Origin: Macrostomum lignano
Lineage: Eukaryota
Direction: 5' to 3'
Length of the DNA stretch: 64,000 nucleotides
NCBI GenBank assembly: GCA_002269645.1
Contig: NIVC01000137.1
Span: 434,001-498,000 of the forward strand
Part shown: positions 22,964 to 34,249 of the stretch, piece by piece
Position numbering within the stretch: the first letter of the stretch is position 1
Layout: each line of letters opens with the position of its first letter
Program-made: the position numbers and the translations under genes
The notes under the pieces: generated by a model
What the model saw: the letters and a program-made list of their open reading frames with translations, nothing else
Database searches by the model: none
Told to the model about the DNA's origin: nothing

Positions 22964-23742
22964 GAAACATACAGGCGACCTTCTAAAAATATCCTTTAAG
23001 TCATATTCATGTTTAAAAGTTGATGGTAGGTGAGACGGATTCTTAACTTAGGGTTTTTAGAATTTCTGAGATAATCTTTGGTACCCGTTATAGTTATTTT
23101 TGTAAGCAGATTTCGTGAAATTAACTTATAGAAGTTTCTCACGTAGTTATAAAAAGAGAGAACCCCCAATGCCGCGGTCTTAACCCGATATACATTGTAA
23201 CTAATGTATTTTATGTAGACAATAGCTTAAGAAGTTATAAGCACTCATTTTTGCATCTTGCTGATCATTTATCGTCGCACCTTGAAGGTCACTTTAGCAA
23301 CTCGAAGCCTGCAAGAGACTGATTTTTTCAGCAGCTAATTTGGGTGCACGACAAAGGGTGCACGACGTGCCTCGATGCTCATTTGAATTCATACTACAGA
23401 ATAAAGCATTCCATTCGCAGGTACATCAAGTGATTTTGCGCTGAGAATTCTGCCGGATCGACCGGGGCAGGAATTGAAAAAGAGACGGATGATGCAGGAA
23501 AGCTCGATAGAGGGTGCGTCGCGTAATTTTGCATTTAGTTTGAAGTTCTTAAATACAATTACAACAATTTTTTGTGCTTGTGTTGTAGGGCTTATTGGAC
23601 TACTCGTTAATTACGCAGTAATTATCAAAATTACTAATGAAACAATAGGAATTACTGACATGCAAAAGTAATTCACTGAAAATTCATGCACACGCGTCAA
23701 CAAATAGCGTACCGTATCTGCGCGACAAGGTGACTATTAATT

Positions 23743-24810
23743 TGTTACAATGCACAAGCATTGCGGGTATAAATACCGCGCGCACCAGTTTGAATTTCCG
23801 CGCGCTTGTTTGCCCACTCTTGTTGGCCCGTTGAGAGTGCTCGCGAGACGGCCCTGTAAATTGCCTCTCTTTTGCCCGGACTGTGTGCTCCCAGTCTAGT
23901 TACTATTGTCTTGTGTAAGCCCGGCCTGTAGTGCCTATTAACTTAGTTATTCAGTTAGTTATTGATACTCAGCATGAGTCTTAGTGTTATTAATAGTTAT
24001 TAGACTAGACCTAAACATTATCAGCTCTAACAAACTGTGTTTAGTAAGGACACAGGAGGCCGAGCTTATATTTATGTGTCTTTGTTAATTTTTAGTGTTA
24101 AGTCTTTATTAATATTTTACTGCTGGTGCGCTAGTTAATTTATCGTTCAATAATTATATTTGTCGATTTGTTATTAGTTCGAAGCCAATTTAAGTTGCTA
24201 GGTTTTTAACTAATCAAATCTTTCTTTGAGGAACGGCTTGTCTCAGTCAATTTAATGATAGCTTCGATTGGTGGCAGCGAACTACCTTTTGTGACATTAT
24301 ATCTAGCTTTGGGATTAACTATTGATTTACTGGGGAACGTAATTTATCAAGAAATCATTTGTATTACTCTATCAGACCATCTCAGGGTAACGCTCTTCGG
24401 CTGGGGCAGTATAAGCAGTATAGCCTTAGGCCCTATTATCGCAGCTACCGTGAGTATAAGTTATTTGGGACTATTGTCAGCGGAAATAGAGAAACAAGTC
24501 ACTCCGCTCGTTAAGAGCCTGTTTAAGTCGCGCCAGACGCTGAGTCTATACCGGTTAAAAGTCCAAGTGATTCATAGTCTGCCGTCAGACAAAGAGCTAG
24601 AGAGATAGAGAGCCCAGCGAGAATCTAGGAGTCTAGCGAGACAAAGAGCCCAAGGAAATTATAGGGCGCGCGAGTCAATAAGCCCATTTTGGTTTCAAGT
24701 TCGTGAAAGACTACTCGTTAGTAGCAAAGTTAGAATTAGCTTAATAGTTAACACCGTCAAGTTTTCATAATTTTAGGTCCGTTACATTTTGTGGCATCGT
24801 GTAGGATTTA
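23743..24810 (+). mobile_element. possible LTR-like fragment
   Basis: TGTTAC...GTTACA-bounded tract with TATAAA (~23767), followed by a TGGCATCG...GGATT PBS-like stretch. No TSD or partner was found. Confidence 0.25.
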
Positions 24811-25407
24811 AGCCGTGAACCTTTTAATAGGTTTTCGCCCTTTTACACTTGGTTTATTGGTTTTGCATATCTCCTTACTCGCGCATTTAACATTGTTTAA
24901 CCCGAGATAATCTCCTAAACTTTATTCGTTAATAATCTAGATTAAGGCCCTTCAATTATTCTCGATTGCCTATGTATATAATATGAAAAGAAAAAAAACA
25001 TTCTAAAAGCAGTTGTTGCGTTCTGACAATGAAATGTTGATCCTGATGTTTGTATGACATTGCGATGCCGTTATCTGAAATATTCGAACTGTTGATCCGA
25101 ACCCAGTTACATGTAGATCTTCAGTTCCGGCTTCTTGCGTTAAAAAAGATTTTGAATGGCTGAATTGTCTGCAACTCTGCCTGCAAAACTAGAATTTTAA
25201 ATCTACAACAGGCAACAGTCTAACTACTCAAACCAATAGATGTATGCTCAAACTTGAAAACCTGTCAGTGCAGTTGCGAATCAAAGCAGCAGTTCGTGGG
25301 TTTTTAAGAATTTTCAGAAGTAAGGATTTTTTATGACAATGTCTATAAAAGGTTAACTTTTGACATGAAATTCCTACATCTACTCTGTTTATTTTGCATT
25401 CCTGCAG

Positions 25408-25475
25408 GGGCTTCGGAGACTGGTTCTTGCAGCGGTGCAGCGAGTGAATCAACTCCTCTCATAACGGAAAAAAAT
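25408..25475 (+). CDS. upstream coding exon of LRAT-like gene 2
   Basis: Acceptor ctgcag at 25407 and donor GTGAGT at 25476. Encodes (G)ASETGSCSGAASESTPLITEKN, phase 0 into 25775. The intron start resembles that of paralog 1. Confidence 0.65.
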
Positions 25476-25774
25476 GTGAGTCGTAATACCCGCGCTTGTC
25501 TGTCGCTTTAATGATCATATGAGCCGTAGAATAAAAATAGACTACGTGATCCTGCACTTGACTAGACGTCTGCATAAGCAGTACTGTTTTCTAAATTTAT
25601 CTAGACCAAGCTATAAGATCCAAAGCAAGGCGCTACTAAGACACGAAGTAGTTAAGAAGTAATTAACTTAAGAAAAAGTTGTTCTTGGTAGATAGATGAG
25701 AAGATCTGGCATTTAAATTTCAAGACTATAATTAGCAAAAATTGTTTATCAAGCTTACATGCATTCATCCGAAG

Positions 25775-27910
25775 GCTCCAAGCGATCAACCAATTTTGGA
25801 AGCTGGCACGCCTGTGGCCTTTCGCAGCCGATTCAGCTACGATTACGCAATTTTAGCCAAAGAGTTCAAGCCGGAAACGAACAGAAACAGCGATTGTTAC
25901 CATAAGGTGGAAGTGATTTCCTATATACCCGACTGGACATGGATGCAAACACTTTGTAGCAATGGAATCATCATCTGGCTTCTGAAATTTCTGGCGACCC
26001 TCTTTGGTTTCGAGCCAGCAGTTATCACTCGGAGGACTCTTTGGCTGGACCCTGGACGCAGGTCGTTGTACAAGCTGACATACACTGGCAGAAACAGAGT
26101 GAAGGTGCTGCCTTCAGAAGAGGTGCTCAAACGGGCGGTTTCTCGTATTGGAGAACGTTGTTACGACTCAAGATGGAACAACTCACAGGATTTCGTCCGC
26201 TGGTGCTGCACAAAGCACTGCGACAACAGGAAGTACTTTGAAATTCCTTTTGAATCAATAAATCAACTGAAGCAGCAGGGCTGTTCGTTCGATTCGTTCG
26301 AAGCAAGGATACGAGAAAAAGTCAGCCCCTTCGACGCTCGATTCGTTCGAATCGACAAACACATTTTGGCCAAAGTGCAGAAGTTTGGGGAGCTCTCTGA
26401 AGATAAAATTGACAATTTCCTGTCTTTAGAAGTTTCATCCTACAGTATGATGAAGAATTCCGCAAAAACAAGTTACTTTTTCACAGTTCAAAAAGATGTA
26501 GAGATAAAATCAGCTGATGTGATCAGGAGCTTCGGATCAACAGCGGTCCCCATTCGTATTGCCAAGGAATTCTTGGAAGAAAAGACCGAAAAACTCATTG
26601 GCAGGTCACTCTGGGTGAACAACCATGACAAAGATATTCAAAGTAAAATATTTTGCGACTGGCTGCGAAAGTCTACGGTTCGAACACTGGATGACTTGGA
26701 GCTGCTGCCTCGGGCTGGCGGATGTTGCGGCTACGATTGCTACAGTAAACTTCTTCAGTGCTGCCGTTACATTTTCAGTAAACTTCTTCAGTGCTGCCGT
26801 TACATTTACAGTAAACTACTTCAGTGCTGCCGGTACATTTACAGTAAACTACTTCAGTGCTGCCGGTACATTTACAGTAAACTTGTTCGGTGCTGCTGTT
26901 GCAAACGCAGGCAGCCACACGACTGCACTGAAAACAGAAAATTTAACGTTGGTGAGCACGTTGAAGTTCTATCGGAGAATGGAGATCCATTCCATTTGAT
27001 CATTACTGATCATATTGCTGATCAAAACCGTTACAAAGGCATATCTTATAAGCCTCAGACCCAAGAAGTTCCAGAAGAAGCCAGAAAAACACTCGAAGTC
27101 ATCGTGTCTGCTGACCAAGTGCTGCTGCTGTCATTCAACGATGAAACCGCCGATCTTACAAACGCGAAGCAGGAGTTAGCTGAAATGGACAACTGGGATT
27201 GGTTGTGGGACATATTGTGGATCATTTTTCGATTTATTTTCTTTGTTCTGTCGCGGATTAAGATCATTAGAAGTTTGGCAGTCGCCACTCCGCTGTTCAA
27301 AAACGATAAGTGCACAGTTAGACGTCTCTTCGACAATGATATCTGCTTAGACTTTTTCCACAAGGATTGCGACTGTCCATGGGAGCTGTTAATCATAATA
27401 ATTTACGCTTCTTTCGTCTTCGGTTGTTTAATTCTCATTCTTGTGCTACATTGCTGCGAAACAAAGTTATTCAAATTTTGCTGCCACCAACCTCTTGCTA
27501 TTACCCGCAAGCGCTTAAGTTGGAATTCGGCCGAAATTCTATTCGACTATTTTAGCACCGTTGGCCTGATATGTTTTGAACTTTGGATTCGGGAAGCCAT
27601 TAATCCGCCAGACATTTTCGACAACACCGCTTCATCAATCATCACAGTGGCTGTCACCATTTGCTCGTTTTTACTTAAATTCTTTGTTCCAAGATGGCTT
27701 CTCTGCTGCCCCAGTCGGGATGTGGCTTACTGCACGCACTGCTGCCTCGGCTGCTGGTGCTCCGGTGGCGGTAGCCTCAACAGCAGCATCGATCAGCAGC
27801 AGGTGGAAGAGTCTGCAGTCGTCATTGATGAAGTTGCTATAAATAGGTCGATCAGCTACAAAGCTTTAACTGAAGAGAGGAGAGTAAATGAAGCTGTGGT
27901 AAACGCTTAA
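25775..27910 (+). CDS. LRAT/NlpC-P60-like domain multi-pass membrane protein (paralog 2, terminal exon)
   Basis: Open frame homologous along its length to 2519-4618; NNSQDFVRWC conserved; ~5 units of the 33-bp Cys repeat (26741-26902). Confidence 0.8.
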   Translation, partial: APSDQPILEAGTPVAFRSRFSYDYAILAKEFKPETNRNSDCYHKVEVISYIPDWTWMQTLCSNGIIIWLLKFLATLFGFEPAVITRRTLWLDPGRRSLYKLTYTGRNRVKVLPSEEVLKRAVSRIGERCYDSRWNNSQDFVRWCCTKHCDNRKYFEIPFESINQLKQQGCSFDSFEARIREKVSPFDARFVRIDKHILAKVQKFGELSEDKIDNFLSLEVSSYSMMKNSAKTSYFFTVQKDVEIKSADVIRSFGSTAVPIRIAKEFLEEKTEKLIGRSLWVNNHDKDIQSKIFCDWLRKSTVRTLDDLELLPRAGGCCGYDCYSKLLQCCRYIFSKLLQCCRYIYSKLLQCCRYIYSKLLQCCRYIYSKLVRCCCCKRRQPHDCTENRKFNVGEHVEVLSENGDPFHLIITDHIADQNRYKGISYKPQTQEVPEEARKTLEVIVSADQVLLLSFNDETADLTNAKQELAEMDNWDWLWDILWIIFRFIFFVLSRIKIIRSLAVATPLFKNDKCTVRRLFDNDICLDFFHKDCDCPWELLIIIIYASFVFGCLILILVLHCCETKLFKFCCHQPLAITRKRLSWNSAEILFDYFSTVGLICFELWIREAINPPDIFDNTASSIITVAVTICSFLLKFFVPRWLLCCPSRDVAYCTHCCLGCWCSGGGSLNSSIDQQQVEESAVVIDEVAINRSISYKALTEERRVNEAVVNA

Positions 27911-28371
27911 GCCCTTTTAATTACTTGTTCGTTTAGATTTTTTTTAATTAGCAATTCATTTTTTGCTACTCGGCACAAGCCACTAATCAAATTTGATTTG
28001 TAAAAACTGCTTCGAGAAAACTGATCCCATCAATGGGTATTGTCTAGCTCCATAAAAGTACGAAATTACTAACTGCAGGCAATGCTGCTAAATTGCTTAA
28101 AGGTATTGCTAAATGCAGAGCTATTCGAGACTGCCGATATGTATCGAAAATTGATTAGTGAGCCGTACAATTCTGAGCAAATTTCAGTTTTCTGAGGGGA
28201 CTGCAGACTGTGAATTAGTTCTTCCAGACTTAAATCTAATTTATAGATTTCACTTAACTGCGCATTGGCTCTGCCCGCATACAACCCGTGCACTAAGCAG
28301 CCTATCACTGCTGTGTATTTGACTGCAGTGCCAAAGCATATATGGCTGATTTTGTCGCCCTCCGATCAATA

Positions 28372-28450
28372 GGCGGAGTAGCCGCACTGTAGGCACTAGG
28401 ACCAGGTTTAGGATAGGCGTAAGGTCCCAGGTTCGAGTCTGCCTCGCAGC
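28372..28450 (+). other. tRNA-like remnant (probably a SINE head, not a functional tRNA)
   Basis: B box GGTTCGAGTC and an A-box-like GTAGCCGCAC; no convincing cloverleaf. Confidence 0.3.
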
Positions 28451-28660
28451 GGACAATTGAAATTGAACTAATTATTATTTTATTTTAGCTTGTGCTTCGA
28501 CTAATTGAAACTTTTGTGCTTAATTAACAACGCATACTTAATGAACTACATGTATTTTTGCTATTTGGCACAAGTCGCTAAGCAAATGTGATTTGTAAAA
28601 ACTGCTTGGAGTACATGTATTACGAGCGTACTGATACCATCAATGGGTCGGTATATGGCA

Positions 28661-29025
28661 TTTTTTTTTTTATTAGAGGCAGGGGGGTTGTGTGCACCCT
28701 GGCGCAATTTAAGCGTCATTGGCACACAACCGGCGAGAGGCATTACAGCCCATTCCGCCGACTCCCCTGAGCAGGCAAACAAGCGCGCGGATACGTTACG
28801 CAGGCACACACTCACACAGGAGTGTACAGCGGCCCTAACTTTATCAATTGTTAGGCATGTACACTTCACTGCGCCTTGGGGGGTTGGCTCTCAAGGCCGT
28901 TAACTGCACAAGCGAGCCAAGCCAAGATTCCAATCCAGCCCCAAATTAATGTGGCTGCACTTGGAATCGAGCCTGGGTCGCGGCACACCAGAGCAGCTGC
29001 GCTACCGCTGGGCTACGGCCCCCCC
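28661..29025 (-). mobile_element. tRNA-derived SINE, full length, TSD GGTATATGGCA
   Basis: TSD at 28650-28660 and 29026-29036; poly(A) tail; A and B boxes. Confidence 0.92.
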
Positions 29026-30007
29026 GGTATATGGCATAGTTCCATTAAAGTATGAAATTGCTAAACTGCAGACGATTCTGAAAAAAAAACTGCTGAAGGT
29101 ATTGCTAAATGCTGAGTTTTGCTAGACAGCCGATATGTATCGAAAATTTATTAGTGAGCCATAAAATGCTGAGCAAATTGCAGTTTGCAGAGGAGACTGA
29201 GGAGCCGACCGAGAGGAGAACTGCAGACTGCTGAGAGGATGAATGAAAATTGTTAATGGAACAGTTGTAGACTGCAAATGGAATTACAGCAGACTTTTGA
29301 GGGGAACTGCAGATTGTCGAAAGGATCATTGCAGATTGCAGATGGGAAAAACTGCAAACTGCTGAGGTAGTTCCTCCAGACTTATGAGCGTATAGCTGCA
29401 AACTGCTGAGAGGGAAACTGCCGACTAATTGGGGGATAATGGCAGACTTCTGAGGGTAACAAAAAACTATTGAGTTTTGAGTGAATATTAACTATGGAAG
29501 ATAAAGTACAAGTTGTTGAGGGGATTACCGCGGGCTGCTAAGTGGAATAACTTTGCTAAGGGGACAATTATATGCCGCTGAGGGTATACATGCTTAATTT
29601 TAATAAAAGTTGTAGAATGCAAAGTGGATGATAAATGCCGGCTGCTAAGAAATGACTGCAGTCTTTTTTGCGGGATTAGATGCAGGGATAATTTCAGGTT
29701 GTTGTGGGGATAAATGCCGATTTCTGGGGGTTAGGTTCAAACTGCTGAAGTTACTAAACTGGATTATTTCGACCACCTGTCAATCGGCACAATAGCCGCA
29801 GTAGGCAGTCAGTATCAGGCAGAAGCTAAGCAGAATGTCAGCAGTTCGAGTCTGCATTGAAGCAAAGAATTTATCTTTGTGACCTGTGACAATAATGATT
29901 GTATCGTATGCAGATTCATGAAGATTTCGGGCAAAGTGGCTCGCTTAATAAAGATAAGATAAATAAAAGTAAGAATCAACATAAATTGTATTTATTTAGT
30001 TTTATTG

Positions 30008-30047
30008 CCGATGCATTTCGTCCATTTGCATTAGGACATCGTCAGGG
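30008..30047 (-). ncRNA. minimal type I hammerhead ribozyme motif (Penelope-associated type)
   Basis: CC-CTGACGA-T-GTCC(taatgcaaat)GGAC-GAAA-TGCA-TC-GG followed by AATAAA. Confidence 0.6.
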
Positions 30048-30429
30048 TCTTTTTATTTAAGAAACAATTTGAACGAATATTCAGTATATATAGATAGTTG
30101 AGAGTACCAAGAGTAGTTGAATTGGGTTTTTAATTGATGGTTAAAACTTGTACATAGTAATCAATTTACTGACGATGTTCTTTATCGTCGTATCATATCA
30201 TAAGCATTGCTAAACTGCTGGTGAACCATTGCTAAAGTGATGATGAGCCAAATTATTTTTTTTAATAAATGCTACTTTAAACAGAAGAAAAAGTCAACGA
30301 AAAAAAAGCGAAAAAAGAATCACCTTATTAACCATAAAAGGAGCGGTCTGTCGAGCATAAAAGACTCAATAGGAAATGCTAAGATGTATGGGCTGGTATG
30401 GGCTGGTATAAGGGCTGGTATGGGAAATT

Positions 30430-32190
30430 GATTTGATGTTAAGACTCATGGGAGAATTTCCACGATCTCAAGGCTTAGGGGGGAATTGCTATAATGATGT
30501 GATTCTGGGGAGAATTGCTTTGATTCCAAGTTTCATTTGTTAAATTGCTGAGTTATAAAGGCTCATTGGAAAATTGCTTTACTGTCAAAGCCCATGGGGA
30601 TAATTACTGGAATGCTGTGGCTGTTGGGTAATCGCCTAGATTGTTAGGTAAGGTAAGGATTAACCCATAAAAGAATTTGGCCTGTCAATTGCTGTAATTG
30701 CAACACACGAAGATGTTGCGGAAAATTTTTCGCTCAAAAATGAGTTGCTGAGATATCAAGGCTCATTGGGGAATAGCTGAGATGTCAAAGCTCACTGGGA
30801 TCCCTGTAATGCTGTAGGCTGTGACTCTTGGGTTATTGCTGAGATGCTAAGGTTCACAGGGGAATGACTTTAAGTTCAAAGGCTCCTAAAGGGAATAGCT
30901 GAAATTTACAAAATGTCAAGGTTCATTGGGTAATTGTTGAAATGCTATGGTTCATGGTGGGAATAGCTGAAATGCTGTGACTTGGCAGGGTTAGGGTTCA
31001 ATCATAAGACATCATAAGTGTCAAAGTGCCAAGACAACATAATGTTAGTCGCTAAATTTTCAGGCTCATGCGGAAACTGCTAAGCTTTCAAAAGCTCATT
31101 GGGGAATTGCTGAAATTCTTGGGCTGAGAGGGAGTTGCTGCAATGCTGTGACTCGGCTGCAGGTTAGGGTTACGGTTAGGGTTAGGGTTCAATTATAGAG
31201 CGATCGTCGTGTCAATCATTAATGATTCATCGGGGAATTGCTAAGATTAAAGGCTCTTGGGGGCGAATTTCTTAAATGCTTTGGCTCTTCGGGAATTGCT
31301 GACAGGTCAAGGCTTTCGGTGAAATTTAGATTTCAAGGCTTATGAGGGTTAATTTAATGCTGAGGCTCAAGGCTCATGGGAGGAATTGCTAACATTCCAA
31401 GACTCACTTATGGGTTAGGGTTAGGGGCTTAGGGTCAGTCTGGGTTAATCATAGAATAACCGCTCTGTCAACCATTAATTAAAGACTTGCTAAGTTGGGA
31501 ATTGCTAAGATATCAAGGCTCATGTGGGGAACCGCTGAGTTGACATGGCTCATGAAGAAATTGCTGAGATATCAAGGCTCATAAGGGGATTGCTGAATTC
31601 TTGGGGGAGGGGAGTTGGGTTGTTGAGTTGTCAAGGCTTACTGGGCTGGGAGAATTGCGTAGATGTCAAGGCTCGAGTTTAATTGTTCAGATGTCGATGC
31701 TTACTGAAGGAATTTCTGAGATTTCATGGCTCGAGTTTAATTGCTGCGATATTGATGCTAACTGAGGGAATTTCTGCGATGTCAAGGCTCGAGTTAAATT
31801 GCTGCGATATTGATGCTTACTGAGGGAATTTCTGATATGTCAAGGCTCGAGTTTAATTGCTGCAATGTCAAGTCTGCAGTTTATTGCTGTGATGTCGATG
31901 CTTACTGGGGGAATTGCTAAGATGTCAAGGCTTACTGGGGGATTGCTGAGATGTCAAGGCTTACTGGGGGATTGCTAAGATGTCAAGGCTTACTGGGGGA
32001 TTGCTAAGATGTCAAGGCTTACTGAGCTGGGCAAATTGCATAGATGTCAAGGCTCGAGTTTAATTGATGCGATGTCGATGTTTAATGAGGAAATTCCTCA
32101 GATATCAAGGCCTACTGGGGGAATTGCTGAGATATCAAGGTTCATAGGAGATGGCTGAATTGTTGGGGGGAGGGGGTTAGGTTGCTGAGC
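30430..32190. repeat. degenerate ~29-bp satellite (GGGGAATTGCTGAGATGTCAAGGCTTACT) with interspersed TTAGGG tracts
   Basis: Near-perfect units at 31905-32025, decayed units on both sides; ggttagggttacggttagggttaggg at ~31163-31187. Confidence 0.7.
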
Positions 32191-32331
32191 GATTGTCAGC
32201 TCGTCAAATAGTACGGCTCAAGTAGCTCATTTAATTCAGATAATGAAATAGTACACACAAGTGATGCTGATTTTTGCTAATAGGAAATACCAGTGTATTT
32301 ATTCGAATATTAAAGGGGGGGGGTTTGGTTC

Positions 32332-32692
32332 AGGGGGGCCGTAGCCCAGCGGTAGCGCAGCTGCTCTGGTGTGCCAGCGACCCAGGCTCGATTCCAAGTG
32401 CAGTCACATTAATTTGGGGCTGAATTGGAATCTCGGCTTGGCTCTGCTCGTGCAATTAACGGCCTTGAGAGCCAACCCCCCAAGGCGCAGTGAAGTGTAC
32501 ATGCCTAACGATAATAAAGTTAGGGCCGCTGTACACTCCTGTGTGAGTGTGTGCCTGCGTACGTATCCGCGCGCTTGTATGCCTGCTCAGGGGAGTCAAC
32601 AGAATGGGCAGTAATGCCTCTCGCCGGTTGTGTGCCTATGTCGCTTAAAGTGCGCCAGGGTGCACACAACCCCCCTGCCTCTAATAAAAAAA
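32332..32692 (+). mobile_element. tRNA-derived SINE, full length, TSD GGTTTGGTTC
   Basis: TSD at 32322-32331 and 32693-32702; A box TAGCCCAGCGG; B box GGCTCGATTCC; A-rich tail. Confidence 0.92.
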
Positions 32693-33673
32693 GGTTTGGT
32701 TCTCTGAGTTAGGCTAATAAAGAGGGGTCTAAGACCGTCAGAGATTGGCATATTGAGCTCCTGCTGCGGACCAGAATATGCCCCGGCCAGTGACAATATG
32801 CACTAAGAGTTTTTGCTTGAAAGGATAAGCACTATTTGCTGATTGAGAAAGGGTTTTGGGCTGATTAAGGAAACTTTTTTGACTGATGAAATTTTTTATT
32901 CTGTCATGACTTATGGGGTGGGGCCGCGTGGTAGGGGTGGAGCTTGTTTAGTAAGCCTAGTTAGCAGTTCGTACGGTAATGTACATTCGCGGGCCACCGT
33001 GCCCCTTGGCCTATAAAATATACAGAGCGTGGAGGGTTTTGCCTCAACTGAGTTTACTCCAGAATTAGCGACTTGACTTCATTACAATGGCAATTTGGTG
33101 TCATTTTTAACGCCCCTCAGCGGGGGGCTAAATGGCTAGTCCAATATACAAAAATAGTTTTTCGGTAGGTATCAATTATGTGATCAATTAGAGAAAAAAT
33201 GGCCCAACCGATTTTTTTCGAACTTGCACTGTTCGATCAGAAATTTTTCCGTGACGGTACATGCATCGTGGCTAAGAAATTGCTCGATGCTAAAGGGATT
33301 AAATATTCGAAAAACATGATTTTTTGCAAAGGTCAAGCAGCTCTTTCGACTTGAAATGCATTGTAAGAATGCTAGAGAAAAAACTGACTGGTTGAATTTT
33401 GATTCTGAAATAGATTGCATCACACCAGGCTTTTTATTTATCGTCTGTGGACTGGCTGAATTTTGACACTGAATTGAATTGTGTCACAGCGTTGAAAACG
33501 CAGTGTGGAAGCATACCACACAATACCTGATTAATATCGAGTAACCATATTGGTAACTTTATTAGAGACGGGTACTGACTTGCCTAAGAAATTGATTATA
33601 TCATAACTGCTTCGTGTGACTTTTACTCTAACTGACTTGGTGGGAGTGTTGCTACAAATTCACTTATAACTTC

Positions 33674-33745
33674 GATGAGAGCTAGCCTAGAGGTGAACAG
33701 ACTGGACTGCTAATGCAGCGATTGGGGTTCGAATCTTAGTAGTGT
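33674..33745 (+). pseudogene. tRNA-Ser(GCT)-like remnant
   Basis: A box TAGCCTAGAGG, anticodon arm-like GGACTGCTAAT and B box GGTTCGAATC; stems are broken. Confidence 0.35.
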
Positions 33746-34249
33746 AATAAAAGTAGTGTAATTTTTTTATTGAAAGCTTTCATTAAAAGACTAATTAAAA
33801 AGACCTGGCTTACTGCACTTGATAAACCAAGGGTTACTGCACTTGATAGACCAATGATTACTGCAATGGATACTTGCTATCTGGGTGGATGCTTGCTATC
33901 TGCAGGATGCTTGCTATCTAGGTGGATGCTTGCTACGAGTATTAGGGGATGCTTGCAATCTGCAGATGGTTGCTATCTAGAGGGATGATTGCTGTCTCGG
34001 GAATATTTTCTATTTAGGGGGATTGTTTATTATCTTTGTGAAAGCTATATTTTGTTGTCTGTTTCTTAATTTTGGAAAAAGAGATTCATTACAAATATCA
34101 TTGTCCGTGACAATTTTACATGAATAAGGTGATTTTTAAAAGTGAAGAAGGAATTAGTTTTTAAGAAAATGTGCTGTTTTAATTGTTTTCCATGAACTAT
34201 TTTTGCTCCTTGTTTATTGGGCGCCCCGAAGGGGGGCCGCACTAGATTG

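Larger units (their letters stand above)
27960..29230. repeat. local diverged tandem duplication (27960-28260 vs 28555-29230); second copy carries a SINE
   Basis: tttttgcta..ggcacaag..ctaa.caaat.tgatttgtaaaaactgctt and ggtattgctaaatgc..ccgatatgtatcgaaaatt occur in both copies. Confidence 0.7.

Noticed and set aside
24255-24608. 117-aa ORF upstream of LRAT-like gene 2
   Set aside because: Lies in LTR-like non-coding sequence with no recognisable motif and no counterpart near paralog 1.
25742-25774. TTG-initiated N-terminus given by the ORF track (likewise TTG at 2540)
   Set aside because: Splice acceptors at 25774 and 2518 and in-phase upstream exons explain the real N-termini.
33674-33745. 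functional tRNA-Ser gene
   Set aside because: Acceptor and anticodon stems do not pair; kept only as a remnant.
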